NCBI GenBank assembly: GCA_024654535.1
Contig: JANLHL010000016.1
Location: 224,626-288,625 of the forward strand
Source: Candidatus Roizmanbacteria bacterium
GTDB taxonomy: Bacteria > Patescibacteriota > Microgenomatia > UBA1406
Direction: 5' to 3'
DNA length: 64,000 nt
In this document: one piece after another, positions 39,713 to 50,440 of the stretch
Layout of the letters: each line of letters opens with the position of its first letter
Numbering within the stretch: the stretch's first letter is position 1
The notes under the pieces: model-generated
Databases searched by the model: none
Told to the model about the DNA's origin: nothing
What the model saw: only the letters and a program-made list of their open reading frames with translations
Position numbers and translations under genes: made by a program

Positions 39713-40462
39713 TTAGTATAGAAAATCAGCCTTTTCCTCCAAAGTAACAATACTTTTCATAGTCTCTTTCGCTCTGTATAGTCGAGCTTTAATAGCTGGT
39801 ACATTGGTTTCTTCGAGAGCAGCAATTTCATCTAGTGATAACCCATCAATATAGTATAAGACTATCATACGCCGTGGCAAATCCTTAAGCTTGGATAAAT
39901 ACTTCCGAAGTAGTTCACTATTGTATAGCGCATCCAAAGTGTCCAGCATAGGATCAATATCAGCTGATGAAGAAAGTATCTGATCAATATCAAAAGTGTC
40001 ACTGTCTATAACCGTCCCTCTCCATCTCTTTATACTTGCTTCCTTTCTAAGTACATCTAAACAAGCAAACTTTGCTGTTCTTGATACCCAACCCATTAAA
40101 TTTATAGTTGGATGCTTTTTATTATCAATCGCGTTTGTTATTTTGAGAAACACCGTAGCTGTTATATCATCTACCCAATAGGCGGGAGCATTCTTTTTTA
40201 CGTAGTCCTGTACCCATTTCATAAATGGCACAAGTTGTACGCTCTGATGAGATCTGGCGCTTTCAATTGGGCTGCCTCGAGTTACAGCAACATCTGCACT
40301 CATTAGATATCCGACTGCAACATTTTGATCTTCACAAGAATATAGATCCCTCAATTGCTCAAATAAGACATGATTATACGCATCCGCTTCTCTACTTGCT
40401 GCAGTTGAGATAAAAGGACGTTTCTTACCATGTTCCATACCTTGTCCTTTCCCTTGTTCCAT
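39713..40462 (-). CDS. Divergent ECF-type sigma70 factor
   Basis: DDITATVFLK and GWVSRTA (region 2); GLSLDEIA...IKARLYRA (region 4). Confidence 0.8.
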   Translation of the reverse strand: MEQGKGQGMEHGKKRPFISTAASREADAYNHVLFEQLRDLYSCEDQNVAVGYLMSADVAVTRGSPIESARSHQSVQLVPFMKWVQDYVKKNAPAYWVDDITATVFLKITNAIDNKKHPTINLMGWVSRTAKFACLDVLRKEASIKRWRGTVIDSDTFDIDQILSSSADIDPMLDTLDALYNSELLRKYLSKLKDLPRRMIVLYYIDGLSLDEIAALEETNVPAIKARLYRAKETMKSIVTLEEKADFLY

Positions 40463-40529
40463 ATCTTATAGTATACTTTATTACGACTAAGTTTGTATGA
40501 TATTATTACCTACTTACATGCATATTCTG

Positions 40530-40558
40530 TTGCGCATATGCAATACGTGCGTTATAAT
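40530..40558 (+). promoter_or_regulatory. Promoter of 5S rRNA
   Basis: TTGCGC-17 nt-TATAAT just upstream of the 5S gene. Confidence 0.7.
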
Positions 40559-40567
40559 GACACTTGT

Positions 40568-40680
40568 CTCGGTTATTTGAGCGATCAGGAACCACATCTT
40601 CCCATTCCGAACAGAACCGTGAAACTGATCAGCGCCTACGATACTATCCTTCGGGATGGGACAATAAGTCATAGCCGGGG
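40568..40680 (+). rRNA. rrf: 5S rRNA (stand-alone)
   Basis: CCCATTCCGAAC and GTGAAAC..AGCGCC signatures; 5' and 3' ends pair (CTCGGTTA/TAGCCGGG). Confidence 0.93.
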
Positions 40681-40709
40681 CTTTTTTTATATATGGAAAT
40701 ATAAAAAAA

Positions 40710-40884
40710 GAAACCCAAATAACCAATATCCAATGTCAAATAAAGTGCCAAATCCCAATGACAAAAAGTAGGAATTACTCACATATAAAGAAAATACTTA
40801 CTTTACAGTTCTATTTTGTCATTTGAACTTTGACATTTGCCATTTACCTGCCTCGCCGGCAGGCAGGTTAGGTATTGGATATTC
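40710..40884. repeat. Heptamer-arm inverted repeat element carrying a CCTGCC..GGCAGG palindrome
   Basis: AATATCCAATGTCAAAT..AAATCCCAATGACAAA and complementary TTTGTCATTTGAACTTTGACATTTG; CCTGCCTCGCCGGCAGGCAGG in the right arm. Confidence 0.75.
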
Positions 40885-40906
40885 TACAGTAGCTACGCTA
40901 CTGTAG

Positions 40907-42538
40907 TTACACTATCACTGGTATGATGAGTGGGCTTCGTGCGTGCTGCGCACTAATAAAACCACCTATTTCCTGAACTATTCTATTCTCAAGCTTTTGC
41001 TTATCCGTTGTTTGTTTCAACATCGATTCTACCTTTGGTATGATGTCTCCAAAAAGTTTTCTGTCATTAAACATGAAACCTTTTGAGTCCAAGCTCACTT
41101 TTCCGTTGCTTACCAGTACTACCAAAATGCCTTCTTTACCCAAACTTTCCCGCTCTTCCAATATCCTATCACCGACATCTCCTACAGAAGAACCGTCGAC
41201 AAGAATTTCTTTCAATATAATTTTTTCTTCCATACTGATGCCTGCATGTGTTACTGCAATAGGTTGACCACTATGTAACATATGCAACTGACTATCTTGA
41301 TAACCTAGTTTTTTCATAAGATTCATATACGCCTTACTATGTTTTATCGTTGTACCGATTGGCATAAGATTCTTTGCGCCTACCAAACGTGCCAGCAATT
41401 TCAAATCTCCCTGCGATCCATGTCCAGATGTATGTAGCGCGTCTCGTATAGCAGTGTATATGACGTCAGCACCTTGTTCTATTAAGTTCTCTATTACATC
41501 TTGTATGTGCATCTCGTTGCCCGGTATGGGGTCTGATGAGAAAAATATACGATCACCCTTCTGCACTTTTATAAAACGGTTTCTCCCAGTCGATACTTTA
41601 TCGAGTGCAGATCCAAATTCGCCCTGAGAACCAGTCAGTATGACACAGACAGCATTTGGTCTCATTTTTTTCAAATCTTGCTCGGGAATAAGATGATCTT
41701 TCTTCAGTGGCAAATACCCTTCTTCTATTGCAATAGCTGTGTTTCGCTTCATAGAACTACCAACAAAACAAATTTTTCTATTAAATTCAAGCGCGCTTGT
41801 GACACACTGACGTATACGCGAAATATTAGATGCAAAGGTCGTCATGAAAAATCTGCCTTTTGTTTCGAGCATTTCCCTTCGAAAGGTTGTTCCTACTATC
41901 TGTTCTGACAATGTGTATCCTTCACGTTCCGAACCGAGTCCATCAGATAACAAAAGATCAATCCCTTGCCCTCCTGCTCGTACAATTTCTGCAAAATCCG
42001 GTGGATCAGCGTTCACTGGCGTTAGATCCATTTTAAAATCAGAGCCATGGTAAACACGTGCTGAAGGGGTATCAATCACTATATGTGTTGTATCAGGTAT
42101 AGAATGTGTCATGTGAATATATCTGGCCTTAATAGAGCCAAAAATATAATCGTATCGGTGTTTAATAAACACAATTTTTGCAGAAGTGATATTCTCTTGT
42201 TCTAGTTTTTCTTTTATAAGAAGCCCAGCTAATTTTGGCGCAAATATAGGAGGAAATCCCAATTTTTCAATGACATAAGGAATAGCTCCGATATGATCTT
42301 CATGACCATGCGTAATAAGAAGAGCTCTAATAAGGTGTTTTTTATCGAGTAAATAGGATACATCAGGGATTGCCGAATCGACACCGAGCGATTCTAGATG
42401 AGACAAGAACCCAACGCCACAATCGATAATTACAATATCTGCAATGACCCCATTTTTCCAGTACTCGTACACATACATATTCTTCGTAACATCTTCGAGC
42501 CCACCTAATGGAACGATTCTTAATTTATCAGTATTCAT
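40907..42538 (-). CDS. rnj: Ribonuclease J
   Basis: PLGGL, THGHEDHIG, HSIPD, FASNISR, HTSGH. Confidence 0.95.
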   Translation of the reverse strand: MNTDKLRIVPLGGLEDVTKNMYVYEYWKNGVIADIVIIDCGVGFLSHLESLGVDSAIPDVSYLLDKKHLIRALLITHGHEDHIGAIPYVIEKLGFPPIFAPKLAGLLIKEKLEQENITSAKIVFIKHRYDYIFGSIKARYIHMTHSIPDTTHIVIDTPSARVYHGSDFKMDLTPVNADPPDFAEIVRAGGQGIDLLLSDGLGSEREGYTLSEQIVGTTFRREMLETKGRFFMTTFASNISRIRQCVTSALEFNRKICFVGSSMKRNTAIAIEEGYLPLKKDHLIPEQDLKKMRPNAVCVILTGSQGEFGSALDKVSTGRNRFIKVQKGDRIFFSSDPIPGNEMHIQDVIENLIEQGADVIYTAIRDALHTSGHGSQGDLKLLARLVGAKNLMPIGTTIKHSKAYMNLMKKLGYQDSQLHMLHSGQPIAVTHAGISMEEKIILKEILVDGSSVGDVGDRILEERESLGKEGILVVLVSNGKVSLDSKGFMFNDRKLFGDIIPKVESMLKQTTDKQKLENRIVQEIGGFISAQHARSPLIIPVIV

Positions 42539-42545
42539 ATATATA

Positions 42546-43241
42546 CTATACTATTTTTTCCATTGCTTTCGCAATTTTATCAAAATCACCCATAATTACC
42601 TTTTCTATATTATGAAAGCTCTTATTTACTCTGTGGTCTGTAATACGGTCTTGCGGAAAATTATAGGTACGAATTTTTTCAGCACGCATGCCACCGCCCG
42701 CTTGATCCATAAAAAACGATTCAATACCTCGCTTCTTATCGTCATCAAGTTGTTTAAGCCTCCCTGCTAATAGCGCTAATGCAATTTGCCTATTTTGAAG
42801 CTGCTGACGCTCTTGAGAGGCTGTCACAACAAGCCCTGTTGGCTTATGAGTAAGTCGAACAGCCGTCGAGACTTTGTTGACATTCTGACCTCCATGACCG
42901 CCACTTCTAAAAAACTGCCATTCCAAATCTGAAGGACTTACATGAATCTCTTGTTGTGGAATTTCAGGAGTCACTAAAACGGTAGCAATAGATGTATGAA
43001 TGCGGCCATAACGCTCAGTATTGGGAACCCGTTGTACTCTATGCGCACCCGTTTCATTTTTCAAAATAGTATAGGCACGAGGACCTCGGATTCTGAGAAC
43101 ACCAGCATCAATGTTTTGTACGCGCCACTGAATCTTTTGTGCAAATTTTGCATACATACCCAATAAATTTTCGGCCCATATTTTCGCTTCATCCCCACCA
43201 ACCCCAGCGCGTACTTCTAAGTAACAAATATCTGAATTCAT
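42546..43241 (-). CDS. prfA: Peptide chain release factor 1 lacking the N-terminal domain
   Basis: [22 protein letters not shown] (PxT), [15 protein letters not shown]; directly follows rpmE. Confidence 0.88.
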   Translation of the reverse strand: MNSDICYLEVRAGVGGDEAKIWAENLLGMYAKFAQKIQWRVQNIDAGVLRIRGPRAYTILKNETGAHRVQRVPNTERYGRIHTSIATVLVTPEIPQQEIHVSPSDLEWQFFRSGGHGGQNVNKVSTAVRLTHKPTGLVVTASQERQQLQNRQIALALLAGRLKQLDDDKKRGIESFFMDQAGGGMRAEKIRTYNFPQDRITDHRVNKSFHNIEKVIMGDFDKIAKAMEKIV

Positions 43242-43250
43242 ACGTATTTT

Positions 43251-43538
43251 TTATGCTTCTGCAAGAAGATCTTTGAGTGTTCTAGTCCGCTCTCTTGACT
43301 TCTGCACATGCTCTTTCTTCTTCACAGACATAGACACTGCTTTCTTCTGGCGAGTCTTAAACTTTTCTACCTGACCTTTTGTATCAATAAGTCTATCTTC
43401 ACCAGTATAGAGCGGATGACATTTGAAACATATCTCAACATGAATTTCCTTTTTCGTTGAGCCGACTGTGAATACATTACCACAGCCACACGTAACTTTC
43501 GCATCACTGAAATACTGTGGATGAATTTTCGCTTTCAT
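43251..43538 (-). CDS. rpmE: 50S ribosomal protein L31 (Zn-binding type)
   Basis: IHPQY, CGCG, CFKCHPLYTG. Confidence 0.97.
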   Translation of the reverse strand: MKAKIHPQYFSDAKVTCGCGNVFTVGSTKKEIHVEICFKCHPLYTGEDRLIDTKGQVEKFKTRQKKAVSMSVKKKEHVQKSRERTRTLKDLLAEA

Positions 43539-43608
43539 TGCACTATTATAGTAAAAATGTTACTGAATAGCAATGGAGATTCCGTCTACCAAATCCATAT
43601 ACCATTCA

Positions 43609-44760
43609 TTATCCTGTCGCTTTTTTTAGTTTTATTTGTATTTTCTGGACTTTCTTATCACGAAATACAGACAAAGTCAGTGTATCTCCAACTTTATGTG
43701 AAGCTACCATTTTAGCTATATCGTCTTCTTTAGTCACTGCTATTCCATCGATTTCTGTAATAATATCTCCAACAATGATATGCGCATCATCTGCACCACT
43801 TCCCTTCACTATGTCACGAACTAATGCACCTGCTGGAACTTTATTGAGCAAAGCGGTATCTCGATCAATGATACTGTATTGAACACCCAAATAAGGTCGC
43901 GAGATAGTACCACCCGACGCTATATAATTGCTTAATAATTCACGAATTACATTTGAGGGAATTGCAAAGCCAATATTCTGCCCTTGTTGAGATACGGCCG
44001 TATTTATGCCAATAACCAAGCCACTCGAATTTAAAAGTGGCCCACCAGAATTACCTGGACTTATAGCTGCGTCTGTCTGTATAACATTATCTAAACGCTC
44101 TACATAACCTTCATATGCAGATCCTGCTGTAATACCTCTCCCTAATCCCGATACGATACCTGAAGTCACTGTATTTTTGAATTCACCTAACGGCGTTCCA
44201 ATAGCGATAGCCAATTGACCAAGTTTCAATGCCCCTGAATCAGCGAGCTGCAATGGGTCGAGCGGCTCTTTTGGTGTGATTTTTATAATCGCAAGATCAT
44301 TGAGCGGATCTCGTAATATTTTATCGACAACATACGTTTTGTTTGCGTTTGTAATAATAGTATATGTAGCCTCTGTATCTGCCACTACGTGTTTATTCGT
44401 TATAATCACTCCATTTTTATCGATGACAAATCCACTACCAATATTGCCCTCGACTTTTTGCTGTTGTGGTTGCACATTTGGCTGAGCAAACGGATTAAAC
44501 GGATCAATACTGTATATATTCTGTGTCACTGTTTTTTTTATAGCAACGGTGACTACTGATGGTAATGCATGATCGACTGCTTTGACTATTGCAGATTCTT
44601 CAGATGTTACTATGACTTTTCCCTCCGGAACATTCTGCTGTTCATTGCTTATCTGTGGAATATGAAAATTGGTGAGTATAGAAGCAGGAATGAAACCCTT
44701 ATTCAATGCGTAGACCACGAGCAAAAAAATGAATGACAATAATACTACTAATCGTTTCAT
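43609..44760 (-). CDS. HtrA/DegP-like serine protease with PDZ domain
   Basis: GSGF, TNKHVV, DLA, QTDAAISPGNSGGPL. Confidence 0.95.
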   Translation of the reverse strand: MKRLVVLLSFIFLLVVYALNKGFIPASILTNFHIPQISNEQQNVPEGKVIVTSEESAIVKAVDHALPSVVTVAIKKTVTQNIYSIDPFNPFAQPNVQPQQQKVEGNIGSGFVIDKNGVIITNKHVVADTEATYTIITNANKTYVVDKILRDPLNDLAIIKITPKEPLDPLQLADSGALKLGQLAIAIGTPLGEFKNTVTSGIVSGLGRGITAGSAYEGYVERLDNVIQTDAAISPGNSGGPLLNSSGLVIGINTAVSQQGQNIGFAIPSNVIRELLSNYIASGGTISRPYLGVQYSIIDRDTALLNKVPAGALVRDIVKGSGADDAHIIVGDIITEIDGIAVTKEDDIAKMVASHKVGDTLTLSVFRDKKVQKIQIKLKKATG

Positions 44761-44776
44761 GATCTATTTTTCATAC

Positions 44777-46036
44777 TTATGAACCTATGACCGTCTCAAT
44801 TGCTTTTTGTAGCTGATTGTCTGTAACGTCTGTTAACGTATCTGTTCCAGTAGTGCTATTATCCACCTTAATGTCTGGCACAATACCAGTTCCATTGATC
44901 CAAGCACCTTTTGGCAAAACCCATTTTGCTACTGTCACATGCAAGCCTGTACCTTGGTTTAAGTCCATAGCTTCTTGCACTGAACCTTTCCCAAACGTTT
45001 TTTCTCCAACCAGTTGTGCTTTTCCATAGTCTTTTAATGCGCCCGCTAGTATCTCTGCTGCCGACGCAGAACCCTGATCGACAAGTACAGCAACCGGGAT
45101 ATCATATAAAAAACCAGATCGTGTCACCTTGTATTCTTTAGAACGACTTTTAGAATATACCTGTTTAACAACCACCGAGTTCGGTTTTAAAAAATCTGAA
45201 GCTAAATAGACAGCACTTTCCAAGTATCCTCCTGGGTTCCCACGTACATCAAGTACTAGCCCACGGATACTTTGTGCACTCCACTTCTGTGCCACTTCTG
45301 AAACGACTTTATCCCATTTTTCATTCGTTTGGTCACCAAACTGTACTATACGAATATAGGCTACTTGTGGACAGTTTTCACTGAGACAATCCTTCGATGT
45401 TTTATACGAAAGCTCTACTGGGTCAATAACTATGCTTTCTCTTTTAATTTTTAGGTCAATCGTTCCACTTTCTCTGCCAAGAGTTAACAACACTTCAGTC
45501 CCCCGTTTACCCCGAATTTCATTCACTGCCTTACCAATTGTCCACCCTTTTGTACTCTTATTATTTACTGCTAATATAGCATCTCCAGAGAGCACGCCAC
45601 TCGCTTCTGCAGGTGAACCTTTGAGCGGAGATACTATAATAATAGCATCGTCTTTCTTCCCTAATTGTGCACCGATACCTTCATACAGCCCCCCCAAATC
45701 ATCTTTCGATTCTTTATTTTCTGTTGGTGTCATAAAGTAAGTATATGGATCATTTAATGACGCTACCATACCCTTAATAGCTCCGAAAACCATTTTTTCT
45801 TTGTTCAGCTTTGTCTCATTTACATACTTTTCCTCAAGAATATTCCAAACATTCCAGAATAGTGACATATCTGTGGTAACTCCAGTCTTGGAAATCCCCG
45901 TTGAGGCACTTACATTCTGCTGCGACCTGTATTGTCCAAGTCTGTAGCCAGACCCAAACAAGAATAAGATCGCTGAGAAAATCAGCAGTGCATTTGCAAT
46001 TTTATTTATGGTTGTGAGCTTATTTTTTTGATTCAT
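44777..46036 (-). CDS. S41 C-terminal processing peptidase
   Basis: DPYT, PDZ, DVRGNPGG, SASAAE, TFGKGSVQ. Confidence 0.94.
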   Translation of the reverse strand: MNQKNKLTTINKIANALLIFSAILFLFGSGYRLGQYRSQQNVSASTGISKTGVTTDMSLFWNVWNILEEKYVNETKLNKEKMVFGAIKGMVASLNDPYTYFMTPTENKESKDDLGGLYEGIGAQLGKKDDAIIIVSPLKGSPAEASGVLSGDAILAVNNKSTKGWTIGKAVNEIRGKRGTEVLLTLGRESGTIDLKIKRESIVIDPVELSYKTSKDCLSENCPQVAYIRIVQFGDQTNEKWDKVVSEVAQKWSAQSIRGLVLDVRGNPGGYLESAVYLASDFLKPNSVVVKQVYSKSRSKEYKVTRSGFLYDIPVAVLVDQGSASAAEILAGALKDYGKAQLVGEKTFGKGSVQEAMDLNQGTGLHVTVAKWVLPKGAWINGTGIVPDIKVDNSTTGTDTLTDVTDNQLQKAIETVIGS

Positions 46037-46754
46037 CTTCTGTAGCATACCAGTATAACACCTTGTCATTGGCAAAATAAATACATTTTGGAAAAGTATG
46101 TCTCATAGCTTCTTTTAAAGCATCTGAATGCAGCTTTACCAATGGTACCGCCGATGAATAATAGACCACAGTACCCGTTACAAGCGCGACTGGATCCATA
46201 GAAACTATTTTTGCTATTTCTATCGAAGAATCAGTTTCTGTCACAACTATTCTATCTTTGCACATCTCCAACCCAACAGATGGATCATCGTGTACATATG
46301 AAACAGGTCCAGCAAACGTTCTATTGACAGCAAAGTCCACTCCACTTACGAGCCCATCTTTTACCTTGAGTAATATTTCTCCATGCTCTTTGCCTTCAAA
46401 TACTCCTTCGAGCAAAAAGGCGTCTTTCTGCATAAGTGAACGCATCAGTGTCACCGTACCTTGCGTATGATCTATACTGCGTACTTCAGCTTTCAAGGGA
46501 GATTGTAGCCGTGTAGTGTGAAATAATCCTTTTTTCTGTGCGATTACTGTGCCTTCTTCTAACATATCGCCGAGCGTTACCGTTAGATACTTAAAAATAT
46601 CTTTTGCTGGTATAGATAGTTCTTGAGCGACGTCTACTGTCACAGAATCCTTTGATTGTGTAGCATAACTATCTTGGATTTTTATTTTGTCGCCTTTTTT
46701 ATACGAACTACTTTCGGGAATATGCGTCTGTGGAACTCGAATAGTAAAACTCAT
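46020..46754 (-). CDS. Hypothetical protein with barrel-sandwich-like segments
   Basis: Uninterrupted ORF in an operon; GD/G.VIA..SP motifs. Confidence 0.65.
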   Translation of the reverse strand: MSFTIRVPQTHIPESSSYKKGDKIKIQDSYATQSKDSVTVDVAQELSIPAKDIFKYLTVTLGDMLEEGTVIAQKKGLFHTTRLQSPLKAEVRSIDHTQGTVTLMRSLMQKDAFLLEGVFEGKEHGEILLKVKDGLVSGVDFAVNRTFAGPVSYVHDDPSVGLEMCKDRIVVTETDSSIEIAKIVSMDPVALVTGTVVYYSSAVPLVKLHSDALKEAMRHTFPKCIYFANDKVLYWYATEDESKK

Positions 46755-46799
46755 GCAAACAGTATACATAAAATGAGGCAAAAAGTGTGAATGTGTGTA

Positions 46800-47804
46800 T
46801 TAGTTTGGTATCAAAACATAAGACGTTGCCGTATAGATGTCTTTGTTTTTTGAAGCAAGTATGAAAAGCTGTTCACCTATCTGCAGTTTTGAAAAACCAT
46901 ACTTTTCGACCTTACCAGACTCTTTATTAAATGCTTGCTGATTCGTCGTATTCTCAACATCCACTAAAAGCTTACTCTGTTCAAGATCAAATACCGTCAA
47001 TCGAAATGCGAGAGTATCAATATCTGCAATTTTACCTGCAATGACAGAAGGTAAACTATCTATATATACCGTATAACTTTTCTCCTCATCAGGAAGTTTA
47101 CTTATGAAAACGGTTACCTCATCGCCGATGGTAACATCTTTCGCCTCTTTGTCTATTAGATCAACACCGTCTACCTCGTAAAATCTTGTAACTTCGGGTT
47201 CAAGCTTTATTGATACTGTCTTACTATCTGTATTTATCTGAATTGCACTATCCGAAATATTCTTTACCGTGCCATGTATCGCCTTCTTTGCCTCATATCT
47301 CAATTGGAGAACTTTCTTTTCGAGCTTATCCTTTAAGACTTCTGCTTCAGACGTAGCTTTCGGGGTTTCATCGGTCGGTGTCAATTGATCTTTTTGAACC
47401 GGTAAATAGAAGAAATCGAACATACTATTTTGAGTATTATTTTTTCCAACGGCAGAAAACAATAGATGATTAAAGCCAGGTTTCAATGTGATTTTCTGAG
47501 TAAATGTCTTGTCATGACGCGAGCTTGCAATGGTAAGTGCGGTTTGAAATACAAATATTGAGCCATTGGGGTCTTCGATTTTCACCGAAACAGTATCATC
47601 GTTGACGACTGACATAGCCGCAGGAATACCACTATATTTTGCATTTTGAACAACCTTTGGGCTTGGTAACACACTAATCTCTGCAATCTGTTTATCTCCA
47701 CTGACAGATGTCCTAGACGTATGAGATTGGGTATTAATATATAGGGCTCCACCTACACCGAGCGCAATACCTATAAAAATAGCAATGAGAACTTCCTTAT
47801 TCAT
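46800..47804 (-). CDS. Membrane-anchored beta-rich hypothetical protein
   Basis: KEVLIAIFIG N-terminal TM followed by beta-rich repeats. Confidence 0.7.
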   Translation of the reverse strand: MNKEVLIAIFIGIALGVGGALYINTQSHTSRTSVSGDKQIAEISVLPSPKVVQNAKYSGIPAAMSVVNDDTVSVKIEDPNGSIFVFQTALTIASSRHDKTFTQKITLKPGFNHLLFSAVGKNNTQNSMFDFFYLPVQKDQLTPTDETPKATSEAEVLKDKLEKKVLQLRYEAKKAIHGTVKNISDSAIQINTDSKTVSIKLEPEVTRFYEVDGVDLIDKEAKDVTIGDEVTVFISKLPDEEKSYTVYIDSLPSVIAGKIADIDTLAFRLTVFDLEQSKLLVDVENTTNQQAFNKESGKVEKYGFSKLQIGEQLFILASKNKDIYTATSYVLIPN

Positions 47805-47817
47805 CCGAATCATTATA

Positions 47818-49137
47818 TCATTTTTCGTGCCGCTTCTGCAATGCAAGTACCGTAGGCGTATTCCGATCTGTATAGAATTGGGTAAAACCGAGACGTTGGG
47901 CTTCTTTTGTAATGCGAGTAATATTGCGTGAGCTTCGAACCTGCCCGAGTAAACCAACCTCTCCTACAAAAAGAGCATGTGACGAAAAAACCGTGTTGGT
48001 CATAGTAGAGTATATCGCTGCCATAATACCTAGATCTGCTATAGGATCAAATAGCTGTAAACCACCTGACACGCTGACATAAACATCATACTTATCAACG
48101 GGTAGTTTGAGATACTTCTTCAATATCGCTAATAATAGCTCTAGACGCTTCGCATCTATACCTTTTGCTACTCTTTTTGGAAATGCCATCGAAGTTGCAA
48201 CAACAAGTGCTTCTACAGAGGCAAAAACTATACGCTCTCCTTCTCGTATACCAACAGCCGTTTTGCCAACAACCGACGTATTCATATCGAGAAAAAACTT
48301 ACTAGGATTTCCAACCTCTTTCATACCCGAATTTACCATTTCTAAAAAGCCCACTTCTTCAACACTACCGTACCTATTTTTGAGACTTCTCAAAATTCTT
48401 AAACCTCCACCTTTTTCACCTTCGAGAAAAAGGACGCAGTCCACCATATGCTCTAAAAACTTTGGGCCAGCAATCTCTCCATCCTTCGTAATATGACCAA
48501 TAACAATAGATACGACACCGTACTTTTTCGAAAATTCTACAATACTCATGAGAATCTCTTTTGCCTGAGCTACTGAGCCAGGAAGCGATTCTGACGACTG
48601 CGAATAGAGTGTCTGCAAAGAATCGAATACGACAAGTGCCGGCTTATTTTTTTGACTAGAAAGTGCCTGCAGTAGACTATGAATGTTGGATTCATCTGAA
48701 AAAAGAATTGTATCCGTTTTCAGTCCCATGCGTTTTGCTCGCAGTGCTATTTGACTCTCTTCTTCTTCTGCGGAACAGTACGCAACTGTCTGTTTGCTGT
48801 TCTTTGCGAGAGCTCCGACGATGGACAGAAGAAGTGTCGATTTTCCAACGCCAGGCTCACCAGAAAGCATGACAACTTCTGAACGCGAAAATCCACCTCC
48901 GAGAACCCTATCGACTTCAGTTATGCCAGACGGTATACGCTCCGTATGGGAAACTTGTGCTGCAGCGAGTGGTGCAAAATGAGCTGGTACAGCATTACTC
49001 CTGCTTTCTTTTGGATCGTCTTGAGTAGTAAAACGTTTCAGAGCTTCCCATTCACCACATTCCGGACATTTACCGTACCAGCTTGCAAATGATGCTCCGC
49101 AATTGGAACACACATATGATGTTTGATTCTTTGCCAC
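47818..49137 (-). CDS. radA: DNA repair protein RadA
   Basis: CSNCG..GKCPEC, GEPGVGKSTL, KNRYG, Lon-like C-terminus. Confidence 0.96.
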   Translation of the reverse strand: MAKNQTSYVCSNCGASFASWYGKCPECGEWEALKRFTTQDDPKESRSNAVPAHFAPLAAAQVSHTERIPSGITEVDRVLGGGFSRSEVVMLSGEPGVGKSTLLLSIVGALAKNSKQTVAYCSAEEEESQIALRAKRMGLKTDTILFSDESNIHSLLQALSSQKNKPALVVFDSLQTLYSQSSESLPGSVAQAKEILMSIVEFSKKYGVVSIVIGHITKDGEIAGPKFLEHMVDCVLFLEGEKGGGLRILRSLKNRYGSVEEVGFLEMVNSGMKEVGNPSKFFLDMNTSVVGKTAVGIREGERIVFASVEALVVATSMAFPKRVAKGIDAKRLELLLAILKKYLKLPVDKYDVYVSVSGGLQLFDPIADLGIMAAIYSTMTNTVFSSHALFVGEVGLLGQVRSSRNITRITKEAQRLGFTQFYTDRNTPTVLALQKRHEK

Positions 49138-49207
49138 GAGGCTATAGTAGCACAATATGAGAGTTAATCCAATAGTGCAGTTCAAGCCTCATGTGATATA
49201 CTATCGA

Positions 49208-49615
49208 ATGGCAGAAAATAAATCTATTTATATATTCGGTGGTCAAGCAGTAGGGATAACGACGTTTGTTGGTTACGAAGTAGACTTTCTTAACGATACT
49301 CTTCATGATTCAGGTATTGTAGCTATTGGTCTTACGGGAACGGTTGATGAGTTATTGGCACATCTAAATAAACCTGAGGTGGTTGACACTTCTCCACTTG
49401 CCGCCGTAGTACATAGAGTTGACACTGGAGGCTTTCGTACATCTGATACAAAAAATGTTGTGGATAGATTTAGACAAGTATTTCCAGGAACACCGGTCAT
49501 AGGTATGTCTTCAGCACCTTTGCCTAAGAGCGATACGTGGGGAGATGTTCACTTCATAAATCCAGATATAGAAACCACTCTAGTAGGACACATTCGGCAA
49601 CTTAATCAAGAATAG
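49208..49615 (+). CDS. Hypothetical protein (possibly degenerate receiver-like fold)
   Basis: ORF preceded by a -10-like box; PVIGMSS segment. Confidence 0.5.
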   Translation: MAENKSIYIFGGQAVGITTFVGYEVDFLNDTLHDSGIVAIGLTGTVDELLAHLNKPEVVDTSPLAAVVHRVDTGGFRTSDTKNVVDRFRQVFPGTPVIGMSSAPLPKSDTWGDVHFINPDIETTLVGHIRQLNQE

Positions 49616-49618
49616 CCG

Positions 49619-50440
49619 TTAATTTTTGATAAAAAATCGTAACAGATCACTCGTGGTTATTATATTGAGCGGTTCAAGTTTATTTTTCATAACAATCACA
49701 CTCCCTATTTGTTTATCCAAGAGTGCATCCAGAACATCCCCAATGGTAGCGTTTTCCTCTACGGTTACCACATTGCGTATCATATATTCTTGAACACGAT
49801 GACTATTGTAGCTATACCCGTCACCTTTGCGATCAAATACATTCTCTTTTACCCGAGGTTCCCTATATATGGGCAATATGTCAAATATGCTTAGCATACC
49901 TTGTATATTATTATGTTCATTTACAACGACTAATTTTGATAGTTTTGTCCGTATGAAAAATCGGATCGCTTCATCGAGCTTACTATTGATGTTTATCGTC
50001 ATAAGATAGTCTTTGTCGACCAGCATCTCACGGACAGGGATATTAACGAGTTCTGTTTTTTTTAACAGCATAAGTGCGCGCCGAGCAGTCACAATACCCA
50101 AACACATTCCTGCCTCATCTATAACGGGCAAATCGTGTATTTTAGTCTCAAGAAAATAATGCGCAATCTTATCAATAGGCGTATCAAGTTGTATTTTTGG
50201 GGAATGAAAGAGACAACGTTTTATTTTCGTTGCTGGAGGGTAGTGACGTTTTATGGCCGTATAGTACGGACTAACAATACCTAATAATTTGTGCTCTGAA
50301 TCAACGACGACAACCGAATCGTGACTTGAAGAAAATTTGCTTTCTGCTGAGGCAAGGGTGTCATCTTCTGATACATACCATACTCTCTTTATTTTCAGGA
50401 TATCTTTTGCCGTTGGAAGGCTTTTTATCTTATTCTTCAT
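49619..50440 (-). CDS. Four-CBS-domain protein
   Basis: Repeated CBS motifs (LPVID..GIVT, IITTSDLL). Confidence 0.88.
   Translation of the reverse strand: MKNKIKSLPTAKDILKIKRVWYVSEDDTLASAESKFSSSHDSVVVVDSEHKLLGIVSPYYTAIKRHYPPATKIKRCLFHSPKIQLDTPIDKIAHYFLETKIHDLPVIDEAGMCLGIVTARRALMLLKKTELVNIPVREMLVDKDYLMTININSKLDEAIRFFIRTKLSKLVVVNEHNNIQGMLSIFDILPIYREPRVKENVFDRKGDGYSYNSHRVQEYMIRNVVTVEENATIGDVLDALLDKQIGSVIVMKNKLEPLNIITTSDLLRFFIKN

Noticed and set aside
40493..40771. ORFs 40493-40771 and 40514-40726
   Set aside because: They overlap the 5S rRNA and a repeat.
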